From Eledone cirrhosa (taxonomy: Eukaryota): 64,000 bases of DNA. The notes under the pieces were generated by a model. That model was not told the DNA's origin, did no database searches, and was given only the letters and a program-made list of their open reading frames with translations. How positions within the stretch are numbered: position 1 is the first letter of the stretch; each line of letters begins with the position of its first letter. Of the stretch, positions 52,793 through 64,000 are shown in pieces. The stretch is taken from assembly GCA_964016885.1 (NCBI GenBank), contig OZ024745.1, positions 79,980,001 to 80,044,000 on the forward strand. The letters are read 5' to 3'. The translations under genes were made by a program, and so were the position numbers.

Positions 52793-54397
52793 GGGGATTC
52801 CTTTCTTTGTTTCTGTGCCTTTCCTTTCTTCTGTCCTACGCCATTTTGTTTCTGTGTGTGTGTTGTGTGCTCAGTTTGCGCATGCGCCACATCCGGGTGT
52901 CTGTGTGTGTTTGTGTTCATTTATCTATTTGTTTATTTATTTACATGTTGTTGGTTGGTTGTTTGTTCTATGTGTGTGTGTGTTTTCATTTTGTCCTTAA
53001 TTGTAAGTTGTGATGTTGCTGTTCCACTCATATTTTCTATTTAATTTTGGTTGTAATTCTTTTATGCTTACTGCCTCTGTAATTTGCCTAAACATTGCAT
53101 CTTTTCTGTGTGTGGATTCTATTTTTATTTCTATGTTCTCTAATTTACCCTTGTGTTCTATCTTAGCATGTTGGTAGAGTACAGATGATTCTTTATTATC
53201 TTGAAGGTCTCGCCAGTGTTCATTTATCCGTTCCCCTATACTACGAGCTGTCTCACCTATGTACACTATATTTTTGTTTCTACATTGTCCTTCAGTACAT
53301 CTTATGCTATACACTACATTTCTAGTTTTACAGTTAATATGGGGGCTTATTTTACAGGTTATACATTTCTTATCTATACATGAGGGTCTTTGGAACGGGT
53401 ATGTCTTCCTAATAAGTGTTTTTACAGAGGTACCTGGTCTTTCTACTATATTAATATTGAGTTTATGTTTATTTAGGGCCCTTCTAAATTTGTAGGCTAG
53501 TTCGCCTCTAGGGGTTGTATTGATGAACATTACACTCTGGTATTTATTGCTATCATACCATGAGTTTATTCTATTGGCCTTGTTCCTAGTTCTTTCTATT
53601 CTATTCCAAAATTTGCTCCTATACAAGGGGCAGGTCCCATTTATGTCATTATTTACCATTTTTTCCCATTTGGTTCTGGCTCCTCTATACACTCTGATTC
53701 TATCTCTCTGATTGTAGCCAGAGAACTGCATACGGTGGATGAAGTGTTGTATGTGTCTCTCTAGTTCTTCGGGGTTGCACATGCGGGACACATTTCTCAT
53801 CACCCGTACCAAATCCGCAATCAGTATGTTGATTTTGGTATGGTCCGAAATGGCCGAGTTTTGGTGGATCAGATGTTTGGAAGTCATGGGTTTGGCATAA
53901 TGGGAATGGAGGATTTGTTTTTAGTTGTTAATGGTATCTAACCAGAGCTCTGTGTCTAGTACAGGTAATCGATGGTTGGGGTGTCTACTTGGGTAGTCTA
54001 TAGTAACTCTAATGCTCTGGTGGATGGAGTTTTCTATTTGCTGGATGCTTTCCATTGTGTTTTTCTCTAGTTCCTGACTGTTCTCTAGTGGGGGTGTCTT
54101 AACTACGATGTTTATATCATCTACGTAGCGGGAGTACATTATCAGGGTTAAGCTGTCTTCTAATTGTTCTTTAAGTTTAAGTTTAAGTCTACTGTCCCAC
54201 CATACCATGAATAAGTTAGCTATGTCGCCTGCAATGCTAACACCAATGGCTGCTCCTTCCTCTTGGGCATATGTTTTTCCATTAAATTTGAACATATGTT
54301 CCTTAAGGGTTAATTTTATGCTGGCCCCTACCGCATGTGCAATCATTTTCTTCAGTTCATCGTGGTTTTTGGCACAGAAACAAAGAAAGGAATCCCC

Positions 54398-54442
54398 AGT
54401 CACTGAAGAGGTCACAGAGTGTGTGACGAAAGGACTATGACT
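54398..54442 (+). ncRNA. Minimal type I hammerhead ribozyme (family A), inverted pLTR copy
   Basis: Identical to the 52748-52792 motif on the opposite strand. Confidence 0.85.
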
Positions 54443-54774
54443 ATATATAAACAACTATCTGGTTGTGGAACCAACCAACCAACCAGAAATTTATAAGTTT
54501 GTAGATTTGTAAATTTATAAATTTATAAATATATAATAAATTGAAGTGAAAGCAGCTGGTGCGTGTGTTTCTTATTGGCAACATGACCTTCCCAAAGTAT
54601 AACAATATCGGTTTCAACACACGATTTCAGGTAAAGAATCTTGCTAAACAAATTCAGAAACGAAATATCGTAAGCCTTAGCCAGGCTAACAAGATACTGA
54701 AAACCACCATGTTCTGTTGTCTACGAAAAACCATAACATCTCGACAACTATCCTTCATAAAGCAGTGTTTAGAC

Positions 54775-55138
54775 AAAGCACTGTTTAGACAAATCACAGA
54801 GGCAATAAACATAAATGAACTCCAACCAAAATTAAATTGAAAACATGAATGGAATAGCAACATCATAACTTACAATTAAGGACAAAATGAAAACACACAC
54901 ACACACATAGAACAAACAACCAACCAGTAACATGTAAATAAACAAATAAATAAACAAATATAAACACACACAGACACCCGGATGTAACACATGCGCAAAC
55001 TAAGCACACAACACACACAAAAACAAGATGGCGTAGGACAGAACAAAGGAGAGGCACAAAAACAAAGAAAAGAATCCCCAGTCACTGAAGAGGTCACAGA
55101 ATGTGTGTCGAAAGAACTTTGACAATATATGAACAACC
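54775..55138 (+). mobile_element. Second Penelope 3' fragment (family A), cut off by a SINE
   Basis: ALFRQITEAININELQPKLN then pLTR sequence; SINE head begins at about 55138. Confidence 0.85.
55081..55123 (+). ncRNA. Minimal type I hammerhead ribozyme (family A)
   Basis: gtca-CTGAAGA-g-gtcaca gaatg tgtgtc-GAAA-gaac-TT-tgac; one stem II mismatch. Confidence 0.7.
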
Positions 55139-55602
55139 GCATGGCTTAGTGGTTAGAGCATTGGCTTGCAATCGAAAGGTTGTGAGTTCAATTCTCAGAC
55201 CGGGTGATGTGTTGTTTCCTTGAGCAAGACACTTTATTTCACATTGCTCCAGTATACTCAGCTGTAGAAATGAGATGATAGGGCTGGGGTCCCTATCATT
55301 CCACTACAAAGTGGTCGTGGAGGTGCCACGGCAAATAAACCACCCAGCCCACACTGTAAAGTGGACGTGTAGGCGCCACGGAAAAAAAAAGCACCCAGCA
55401 CTCACTGTAAATGAGGTTGGTGTTAGGAAGGGCATACAGCTGTAGAAATCAAGCCAGAATCAGTCCCCGTAAGAGCAAGACAAGGTCAGCCGACCGGGGA
55501 CTGCCCACAACAGGACAAGTCCAACCCTTACAAGCAGGAAAAAGCGGACGTAAAATGATGATGATGATGATGACAAAGAATATATAACAATTCCTGCTTT
55601 AC

Positions 55603-55755
55603 CTCATCTTTTTTGCTGGAAGCTTCTTGTAATATTCCTGATAGCTGCTTGGTGAATTTTTCATTAATATGAACAAGTTCCTCTAAATTCAAAAATATTG
55701 AAGCTAATTCTTTATTTTCCAAAAGATTAGCTTTTTTCATAGGTATATAAAATTC
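55603..55755 (-). CDS. RhoGEF exon, DH domain (EFYIPMKKANLLENKELASIFLNLEELVHINEKF...KKDE)
   Basis: TTTGCAG acceptor, GTAAAG donor; 153 nt, phase 0/0; DH IFxNxEEL motif. Confidence 0.93.
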
Positions 55756-56756
55756 CTGCAAAGATAAAAATCAATGAAGATTTTTATTATTCATTCTCTT
55801 AAAAATTTTAATATAAACACACCTGCCACTACCTTTGCTTTTCTAATGCAAAACCTCCCTTTTTTAGCGTGTTTATATCTAACTTATAATTAGTGGGCCA
55901 CATGTATGTTATATCATATTTTACATATAAAAATGTTTTGAGAGCCACAGAGAAAACCTTAATGACCGTCTTCTGAGCCATAACCCACCTTGTTGTCAAC
56001 CTCTATTCTACACAAACGTTTTCCTTCTGGAAATAGCAGCCAATTTCCCTCATATCACACCCTACCATCTTTAGAAAAGTACAAGTAGATTATTAGACAA
56101 TGTCCTAGGTATACAAAAAAATGAGGTGGCCATATCTGGAATACTTTCAATCATAAGTCTACTCAATCAGGTTTGACCTATGGCTAAAAAAAATATCTAA
56201 AAATCCCACTAAACTGTTGAATAACTGAAAACTGGTTATTAGCTCAATGTTTATTAATATTGTACACAATTCTACTGGATTCAAACATTCTGTCTGATGA
56301 TAAGTTTCATTACCACCAAACAATGGATTATTTTTTATCTCTGCAAAGTTTCATTAAGAAACAAATGTACTAAATTACTTTCAAGTAATTGATTAGCAAT
56401 GATTACATTGAGTGGCATAATGTAATGTGTCCCACAAGTCACAGTACAGCATTGCTACCACAGTAATGTGGGCCCAGACAGAGTGGGGAGAGGGGCTTCT
56501 CTTGTATGTGCCAGAGCCCATCTACAGGCTGCTTCATGGTTTCAGTAGACAGGATGGAGAAAACATTACCCCAGAAAATGGTGAGGTAGATGCATTGGAA
56601 TAGTCATTTCAAACAATTGTGGGCTTTGTAGGGATAAACAGAGTTTCCAGTTACAAAGAAGTAATTATTGCTAGAAAAAAGCCATCTCAACAAATGCTAG
56701 CATAAAAAATAAATGTATCTGTGGAACTAAAGAAAAGAAAACAGGTATAAATTTAC

Positions 56757-56924
56757 CTCCAAAATAATTTTAAGGTCTCTGCCATAATTGACTTCCGTCT
56801 GTACAATTTCTTGAATGGTTTCTTTGCGTTCAGTTCGTCTTGAAAGACATTGCTGACAAACAGATTCATTTTTACTGGAAGTTTTATAAACCACAACTTC
56901 TGCACACTCACAGCAAATCAACCG
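56757..56924 (-). CDS. RhoGEF exon: Cys-rich segment and start of DH domain (RLICCECAEV...CQQCLSRRTERKETIQEIVQTEVNYGRDLKIILE)
   Basis: Pyrimidine tract with AAG acceptor, GTAAAT donor; 168 nt, phase 0/0; EIVQTEVNYGRDL is the DH CR1 motif (E-x3-TE-x2-Y-x2-DL). Confidence 0.9.
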
Positions 56925-57814
56925 CTTTTTAGTGGGAAAAGAAATCAAACAAAGATGTGTTATTTTATGCTTTATATAAAGTGGTTAACATAAAATAATA
57001 TTAAACATTATCAATGCCAAATTGCGACAGAAAAAAGCAGGGGGATGTTGCTCTTTTCTGTGAATGAACAATCTGAATTAGGTGAAATAACTCTCTTTTT
57101 TTAATTAGCAGTGGCTCAAACCTTTCTAACTGGTAAGCTTGATGCATTTGGTGTTTAGTTTCAACATCTCTAGGCCATCATCTACTGGAAAAAATGAACA
57201 TGATAAAGGAAGGATTTCTAGATGGTAGCTAACCTGAAGAAGAAAAGGTGTAGCAAAATGTGTAATGTGAGGTCTGAGGGAGATAAAATTCAGTATTAAG
57301 TCTTTTAATCTTGCTAATAATAGTTTTTCTATTTTCAGTCAGTCTGCACTTAGATGTTTTCACAAATCTTGATGGAGTATGTTTTGCACATATATTTGTA
57401 ACAGTGTCTACAAATATCTGCCAAAATGTTTTGATGTTAGTGGAGGTGTGTTTGTGAAAGAGCAGTCGACATGTGAAAGATTGTGAATAATTGCATCCTA
57501 GTTTGCATTATGAAGAGCTATGTTATCAAATAAGTGGGCTGGGGAGAGGTCATGGTCTGAAAGGAGAGTTTATTTCCACAGTAATAGTGTGGATAAAGTT
57601 GGCATGGTTACTTAACACAAGGTTCAAAATGTTTTGTGATATTAAGTTGAAACAAAAAGACTCATTCATAAAGTCAAAATGTGACTCTACATTGCTTTAT
57701 CAGGCGTTGAGGTAGAAATACTCAGTTTAAAGTATTTGTAGATCAATTAACACAAGAGAGGTTGAAGTCAACCATTGTTAGTATATTACCTGGATGGCAC
57801 TGCTGGATAAAACA

Positions 57815-59890
57815 TTTAATGGATATGGAAGTTGAAGGAGCTTCAACCTGTAACAAATTTAGAGGCATTTTGCTTGAAGCTTACGTTTGTAAGGAAGAAC
57901 AATTAGAGACATGCAATATAGAGGAGCATTGGGAGTTCCTGAAAGAAAATTTGCTGAAGGCAACAAACGAGATCTGTGACTGGAACAGGTCTCCAGAAAG
58001 GAGAGTGACTTGGTGGGAAAACAGTAAGGTGGATGAGACAATTAAGCCAAGAGACAGGTATGGAAAAAATGGTAGAATAAGAAGCTAGAAGAAAAGTTAC
58101 TTAGCAAGAAGAGAAACAGAAAATTAAAAAATATAAGCATGATTTGCAACATGAGAACCAAAGACATGAGGTATTCAGGATTGTAAGGCAGTGTGTCAGG
58201 GAAAATTGTGATGTTGATGAGAAGTGTGTCTGAGATGATAATGGTGTACTTGCTGTCACCAACACTAAAAAGAAAGTAACATGGAAATGTCATTATGAAA
58301 GATTACTGAATGAGGAGAATGCATGGAAGGAAAACATCTGTCCCATGTCGACCCAACAGAGGCACCAGCTAATTCAGCAGCAGCATAGTAAGGCAATTAT
58401 GGATATAAAGATGGAGAAAGCAGCTGTTTCATCAGAAATAGTTGCAGAGATGCTGAAAGCATCTGGAGTAGTGGGTCACACCTTAACCATTTGTATTGTA
58501 AACCAAGTAATACACAATGGTGTCATACCTAATGATTGGCATAGCAGCAGCATCAACTGCTATAAGTGCAAAGGAGAGGCACTAGAAAGAGAAAACCATA
58601 GTGGCATCAAGTTGATGGACCAGGTCATGAAGGTCTCAGAAGAGTTATGGTACAGCTGATCAGAGACTGAGTTAACCTAGATGAGATGCAGTTTGGATTT
58701 GTGCCAGGTAAAAGTACCACTGATGCTCTATTTCCTGTGAGGCAACTGCCAGAGAAGTACCTAGCTTAAAGTAAGGTTATCTTCTTGACATTTCTTGTCC
58801 TGGAGAAAGCTTTTGACAAAATCCCCCATTACATATACTGGTGGGCTCTTAGAAAACTAGGAGTAGATGAGTGGCTTGTGAGGGCGGTACAAGCCATGTA
58901 TAAAGCAGCAGTCATCAAAGTTAGGATTAACAATGACTATAGTGAAAAATTTAGCATGCAAATAGGAGTCCATCAGGGCTATGTTCTTAGCCCCTTCCTA
59001 TTTATAATCTATAGGCTATAAGAGAAGAATTTAAAACTGGATGCCCTTGGGAACTACTGTATGCAGATAATCTAACCCTTGTAGCCAAATCTATGGCAGA
59101 ATTAGAGAAGAAATTTAAAACCTTAAAGTCAACTTGGCAAAGACTAGTAAGTAGAAAGTAAAACAGGGCCCAGATCCCTTCAGGGAAATGGCCATACTCA
59201 GTGAGCAGGAAATAAGTAGGTAGAAATTCCATCCTATTTTCCAAATGCAAACTATAGGTACACAAGAGATGTAGTGGGATCTCATGGAAGTTAGCAAAGA
59301 ATGTAGGTTTTATATGTCATCAATGCACAGAAGCAGTAAGTAGCAAGAGCTCACAAAAAACAAGCTCCTTTAAATGCCCAAAAGGCTCCATAGAAGTAGT
59401 TGATAGTTTCTGTTACCTAGGTGACAAAATTAGTGGTGGAGGTGGCGGTTTAGAATGTAGAGTAGACAAAGTGAGAATGGAATGGAGAAAGTTTAGAGTG
59501 CTACTACTGCTGCTAGCTACAAAGGTTTTTATTTCTCTCAAAATGAAAGGCAGATTATATGAAGTTTATGTACGAACAGCAATGCTGCATGGTAATGAGA
59601 CCTGAGCAATATATGCAGAGTACCTACAAAAATTGAAAAGAAATGAAGCTTACATGTTCCAATGGATGTATAATAGTAGTGTGCATGAATGGTGAAGTGT
59701 AAATGAACTGAGAGAAAAACTAAGCATAAGAGAGGTCAGATGCAGGAGAGGATTGTGGTGGTTTGGACATGTGATGCATATGGAGGATGACAGCTGTATA
59801 AAAAGTTGTAGGGCCCTCAAAGACGATGGTAACTATGGAAGAGGAGGACCTAGGGAAAGTTGGGAAGAAGTGGTAAAAGCTGACCTTGCA
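57815..59890 (+). mobile_element. Old degenerate RTE LINE
   Basis: RRVTWWE, QFGFVPG, LEKAFD, LLYADN, SFCYLGD remnants with many stops. Confidence 0.9.
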
Positions 59891-60069
59891 CCTGTTACCA
59901 TTTTTACCAAAATATAGGAAACACCACCATAGCTACAATTAGCATCATCACCATATCATCATAATCAACATCACCACCACCATCATCACCACCAACATCA
60001 TCAACATCATCATAATCATCATCATCACTGTTTAATGTCTTTATATATATATATATATATATATATATT

Positions 60070-61255
60070 TGAGTCTTGGTCATGATGTGTCTGAACTCTC
60101 AGTTTCCCCTTCAACTGTTTATTGAGCAAGAACCCGTCCCTGTGAAATGATGGCTCAGGAAATGAAGTTACCTACTTTCCCACCTGAAGACAGATCCTGG
60201 CTAGTCCTCCACTGGGATAGAGAATTATTAATATCGGCTTCCCAATTCAGCACACTCGAAGATTGGATTGCAGTTTTAATTACAAGGAAGGAAAGGAGAA
60301 GCTCTTAGGTGTTCCGATTGCAAGAGATGAAGTCGTTGAAGTTGTTTTCAAGGAAATTCAACACCACTGCCAGTAACACCGGCATGCACGAAGGAGCTAA
60401 TACAAAAATTGAAGCAGCTTTGAAAAAATCCCTTTTCTGGTTGGCTTGCTGCCATCATATTCTTGAACTGGTTTTGAAGAAATTCTTTGAAATCTTCTTC
60501 CCATCATCTGGTCCTGGTATCCCACTGTTCAAAAAGTTCCAGGAATGTTGGGACTATATAGAGAAGTCTCATTATCAAACTATTCTGGATGATGATGAAC
60601 CCATGGAAGATTTTTACAAGCATAAGAGGGAGGAGATCGTAGAATAGCTACTGTCTGTACTGCTTTCTGGCGATCATCACCAAGAAAACTAGGTTGAGTT
60701 CATAAAGCTCTCCCTTCTCTATCTTGGTGGCTGGCCATCTCCCCAGTTCTTCTTCTTGGTCCCAAGAGCTTACCACTAGAGTCGTTGGATAGCTAAGGTC
60801 ATATATGTGATCAAAATAGTTATGTTCAAAGAACAACTTATGAATCAAGAGATCTAGAACAATTCGTTTCCAGTTATAAATTTCATTCATAAATTGTATT
60901 TCTATCTTTAATTGTATTTCTATCTTTAACCTCCAAATTATAGTGTATTTAGGACGTCTTCTTTGTACTTATTTTCATTTCATTTGTCTGATTATTATCA
61001 TTTCAATAAGTTCCCAGAGGACAAAGAGAGCTGTTTCTGGTAATAAATTTCATTCATAAAAACTGTTTCTCTATTTAACGCCCAATATTATTGTGTATTT
61101 ATAACATATTCATCCTGCTTATTTTCATTTCAATTCGTTCTGTCGTGTGGTTTCTTCATTGGATTCAGTAAAGGGAACAGAAAGGAGAATATGCCTCAGG
61201 CCAGATTTTAAAAATTCATCATAAATAAAAAGATGTGAAAGTGTGCAAGCCTTAA
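60070..61255 (+). mobile_element. Degenerate hAT-like DDE transposase relic
   Basis: VLHWD; FNTTASNTG...LFWLACCHHILELVL (D-TT...CxxH signature); superfamily assignment from memory and the 3' boundary is uncertain. Confidence 0.6.
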
Positions 61256-61707
61256 ATATTATTCAATTCACCTATAATTCAGTATACTTTGTTATTTCAT
61301 CAATCGAAACACAGGCATAATGAACATGAGATGATTAGTGAATAGTTTGCAAAATGGAATACCCTAATGTAGATAGATAAAGATATACATATAATATAGA
61401 TATTGATATATAAATCCTGATGATTTCATAACTGAATGGAACAATACTAGTAAAATTGTTTCTATTTGAAATAAATTGCATACACACACACACACACACA
61501 CACATAAACACACACACACACACATAAACACACACACACACACATAAACACAAACACATGCACACACACACACGCACACAAACAACCACATACACGTGTG
61601 TGTGTTTGTATGTGTGTATCATATATATATATGTGTGTGTGTGTGTGTGGGTGTGTGTGTGTAAATGAAAAAAAAATAATTAGAAGATTATTTATATATG
61701 CACTTAC

Positions 61708-61776
61708 TGGTTTAGCAGAAGCGGCAGCAGTAGCAGCAGTAGCAGCAGCACAGTTCTCAAGCTTGGATGTTAACAT
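61708..61776 (-). CDS. RhoGEF gene, probable first coding exon (MLTSKLENCAAATAATAAASAKP)
   Basis: ATG at 61776 with an in-frame TAA four codons upstream; strong donor GTAAGT at 61707; phase 0 matches the next exon. No recognisable domain homology, so tentative. Confidence 0.55.
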
Positions 61777-62101
61777 AGTCCAAACACATTATTTATAAGA
61801 TTTCAATAATAATCAACATCATTCTTCTACAGATGAAGAATACATTACCGCCATCAACAAGAGAATTGCTACAACACAATGTATCCAGTAGTTTTTCATT
61901 GAATATTGATCATGCTAGATCTTTCTCCATATGTGTGTATCTGCATGGAGATGAAACAGTAAATGTAGTGTTCAATATGTAAGAATACTGGTGTCCATCT
62001 TCTTTATCTGCAATTCATTCACCTAGAGGGTTTTATATATATATATGTGTGTGCGTGTGTGGTCACAATATACCGTTGTTTTTCTCTCTCTCACCCGCTT
62101 G

Positions 62102-62227
<126 letters not shown>

Positions 62228-62544
62228 CTCTCTGTATTTCTGTATTTCTGTATGGTGTGTGCATGAGCAGGTATCTGATATCTGTCTTTCTCTGTATGTG
62301 TGTAAGAAAAACAGTCCGTCTGACTGAGAGAGAGAGTGTGTGTGTGTGTATGTGTGCATGTATATGTATGTTAGAGTGTTTGTTTGTACATGTGTCATAG
62401 ACTGAATGTATATGTAAGTGTATTTGTGTTGCATCTGGTTCACCATGTCCACTGCGTTGTGGCAAGTATGCTGTGCCTAGTGTGAGATGAATTGTTTTAT
62501 TAACAGTATGTGTGTGTGATTTTATATATATATATGTATGTATG

Positions 62545-62625
<81 letters not shown>

Positions 62626-62920
62626 CGAAGGAAATGTGGTAAGGAACCAGGTGGACCACTGGTTCCTATATATATATATATGTATGTATGTATGTATGTG
62701 TGTAGATATAGATATATATATATATATATGTATGTATGTGTGTGTAGATATATATATATATATATAGTAATAATAATAAATTTTAAGATAAAAATCCAAA
62801 GGTTGCAACGTTTTTTAAAATATTCACTTCTGCGTTCACAGATTGACTTTGTTAGTTTCAGAAGATCCCGTTAAGGGTGAAAGCAGCGATTCTTTGCTTA
62901 AACTTTAATCTGTTATTTTA

Positions 62921-62972
<52 letters not shown>

Positions 62973-64000
62973 TCATCATCATCATCAACGTTTAACGTCC
63001 GTGTTCCACGCTTGCATGGGTTTGGACGGGGGTTTTCCCACTTGAGGCAAGAGTGATTGTCTTGCTCGCATAGGACTGTCTGGCAGGTTTTCTACAGTTG
63101 GATGCCCTTCCTAACACCAACCACGTTTACATATATATATATATATATTTGAAAGCAAAACCTTTTGCTTTTAAGAAACCACTGGTAAATGGAATAATTG
63201 CCTTATGTTGTTTATTACATAATAATAATAATATATATATATATATATATATATGTGTATGTATGTATGTATGTGTATATATATATACATAGGCATATGG
63301 CTTAGTGGTTAGAGCATTGGCCTTGCAATCGAAAGATTGTGAGTTCAATTCTCAGCCCGGGTGGTGTGTTGTTTCCTTGAGCAAGACACTTATTTCACAT
63401 TGCTCCAGTTTACTCAGCTGTAGAAATGAGATGATAGGGACTGGGGTCCATATCATTCCACTGTAAAGTGGTCGTGGAGGTGCCACGGCAAAAAAGCACC
63501 CAGCACTCACTGTAAATGAGGTTGGTGTTAGGAAGGGCATCCAGCTGTAGAAATCAAGCCAGAATCAGTTCCCGTCCCACCCTTGCAAGCAGGGAAAAGT
63601 GGACGTAAAATGATGATGATGATGATGATGATGATAATGATGTATGTATGTGTGTATATGTATATATGTATGTGTGTGTGTGTGTGTGTATACACTTTGC
63701 TATAACATTATGTGTTTATATCAGTGCAACCTCTATGTGTGTGTGTGTGCCTGTGTCTGTGCATCTATATGAATGTGTGTGTATGTGTGTAAATGTGTGT
63801 ATGTGCTTGTGTGCATGTATGTATGTGCATGCATGTGTGTATGTGTAGATGTAAATGCAGAGATCTAAACATTCATTAATGAGCAATACATTGTCACAAT
63901 TCATTCATAAATGTCAAAAAAGAAAAATCAAATTATTCAGCTGTTTTTTTGTTGATATTTTTTTTTTTGGGGGGGGGGGGGGGGGTAAATTAAAACTGTA

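Larger units (their letters stand above)
52520..54668 (-). mobile_element. Penelope-like retroelement: RT C-terminal half and GIY-YIG endonuclease, flanked by about 300-bp inverted pLTRs
   Basis: QEEGAAIG, RYVDDI, LPVLD, then after one in-frame TAA (53921-53923) NVVYSIRC...YIGETARSIGERINEH...RQITEAVSI...LNRKYEWN; 52520-52819 is the reverse complement of 54371-54668. Confidence 0.96.

Noticed and set aside
53921-54454. 177-aa ORF as a complete protein
   Set aside because: Its N-terminal 28 or so residues are antisense pLTR sequence fused by chance to a truncated RT.
57120-57233. Possible extra minus-strand exon (good ttcttcttcag acceptor)
   Set aside because: No convincing in-phase donor and no recognisable homology; left uncalled without RNA evidence.

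Overview
Eukaryotic, AT-rich, microsatellite-saturated genomic DNA; the repeat repertoire suggests an octopus or other coleoid cephalopod (inference). One host gene can be assembled on the minus strand: a DH-PH Rho guanine-nucleotide exchange factor (RhoGEF64C-like) with 10 well-supported GT-AG exons between 56924 and the stop at 16558, plus a probable first coding exon at 61776-61708 (about 447 aa in total). Almost everything else is mobile DNA: RTE LINEs with a PHD-type finger (one nearly full length), a CR1 fragment, a CRE-like restriction-endonuclease fragment, Tc1 (DD34E), maT-like (DD37D) and hAT-like transposase relics, piggyBac- and pogo-type MITEs, Helitron-like elements and several tRNA-derived SINE families. 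The most striking unannotated signal is a dense set of type I hammerhead ribozyme motifs: 14 with an intact CUGANGA...GAAA core and about 5 degenerate, from at least 7 sequence families, two of which show compensatory base-pair changes. They sit in Penelope-like (GIY-YIG) elements and in short ORF-less derivatives, usually next to (TA)n tracts. These elements repeatedly carry perfect fold-back hairpins at their 5' truncation points or long inverted arms. Most ORFs in the supplied track are microsatellite artefacts. All coordinates were read by eye; repeat boundaries are approximate.
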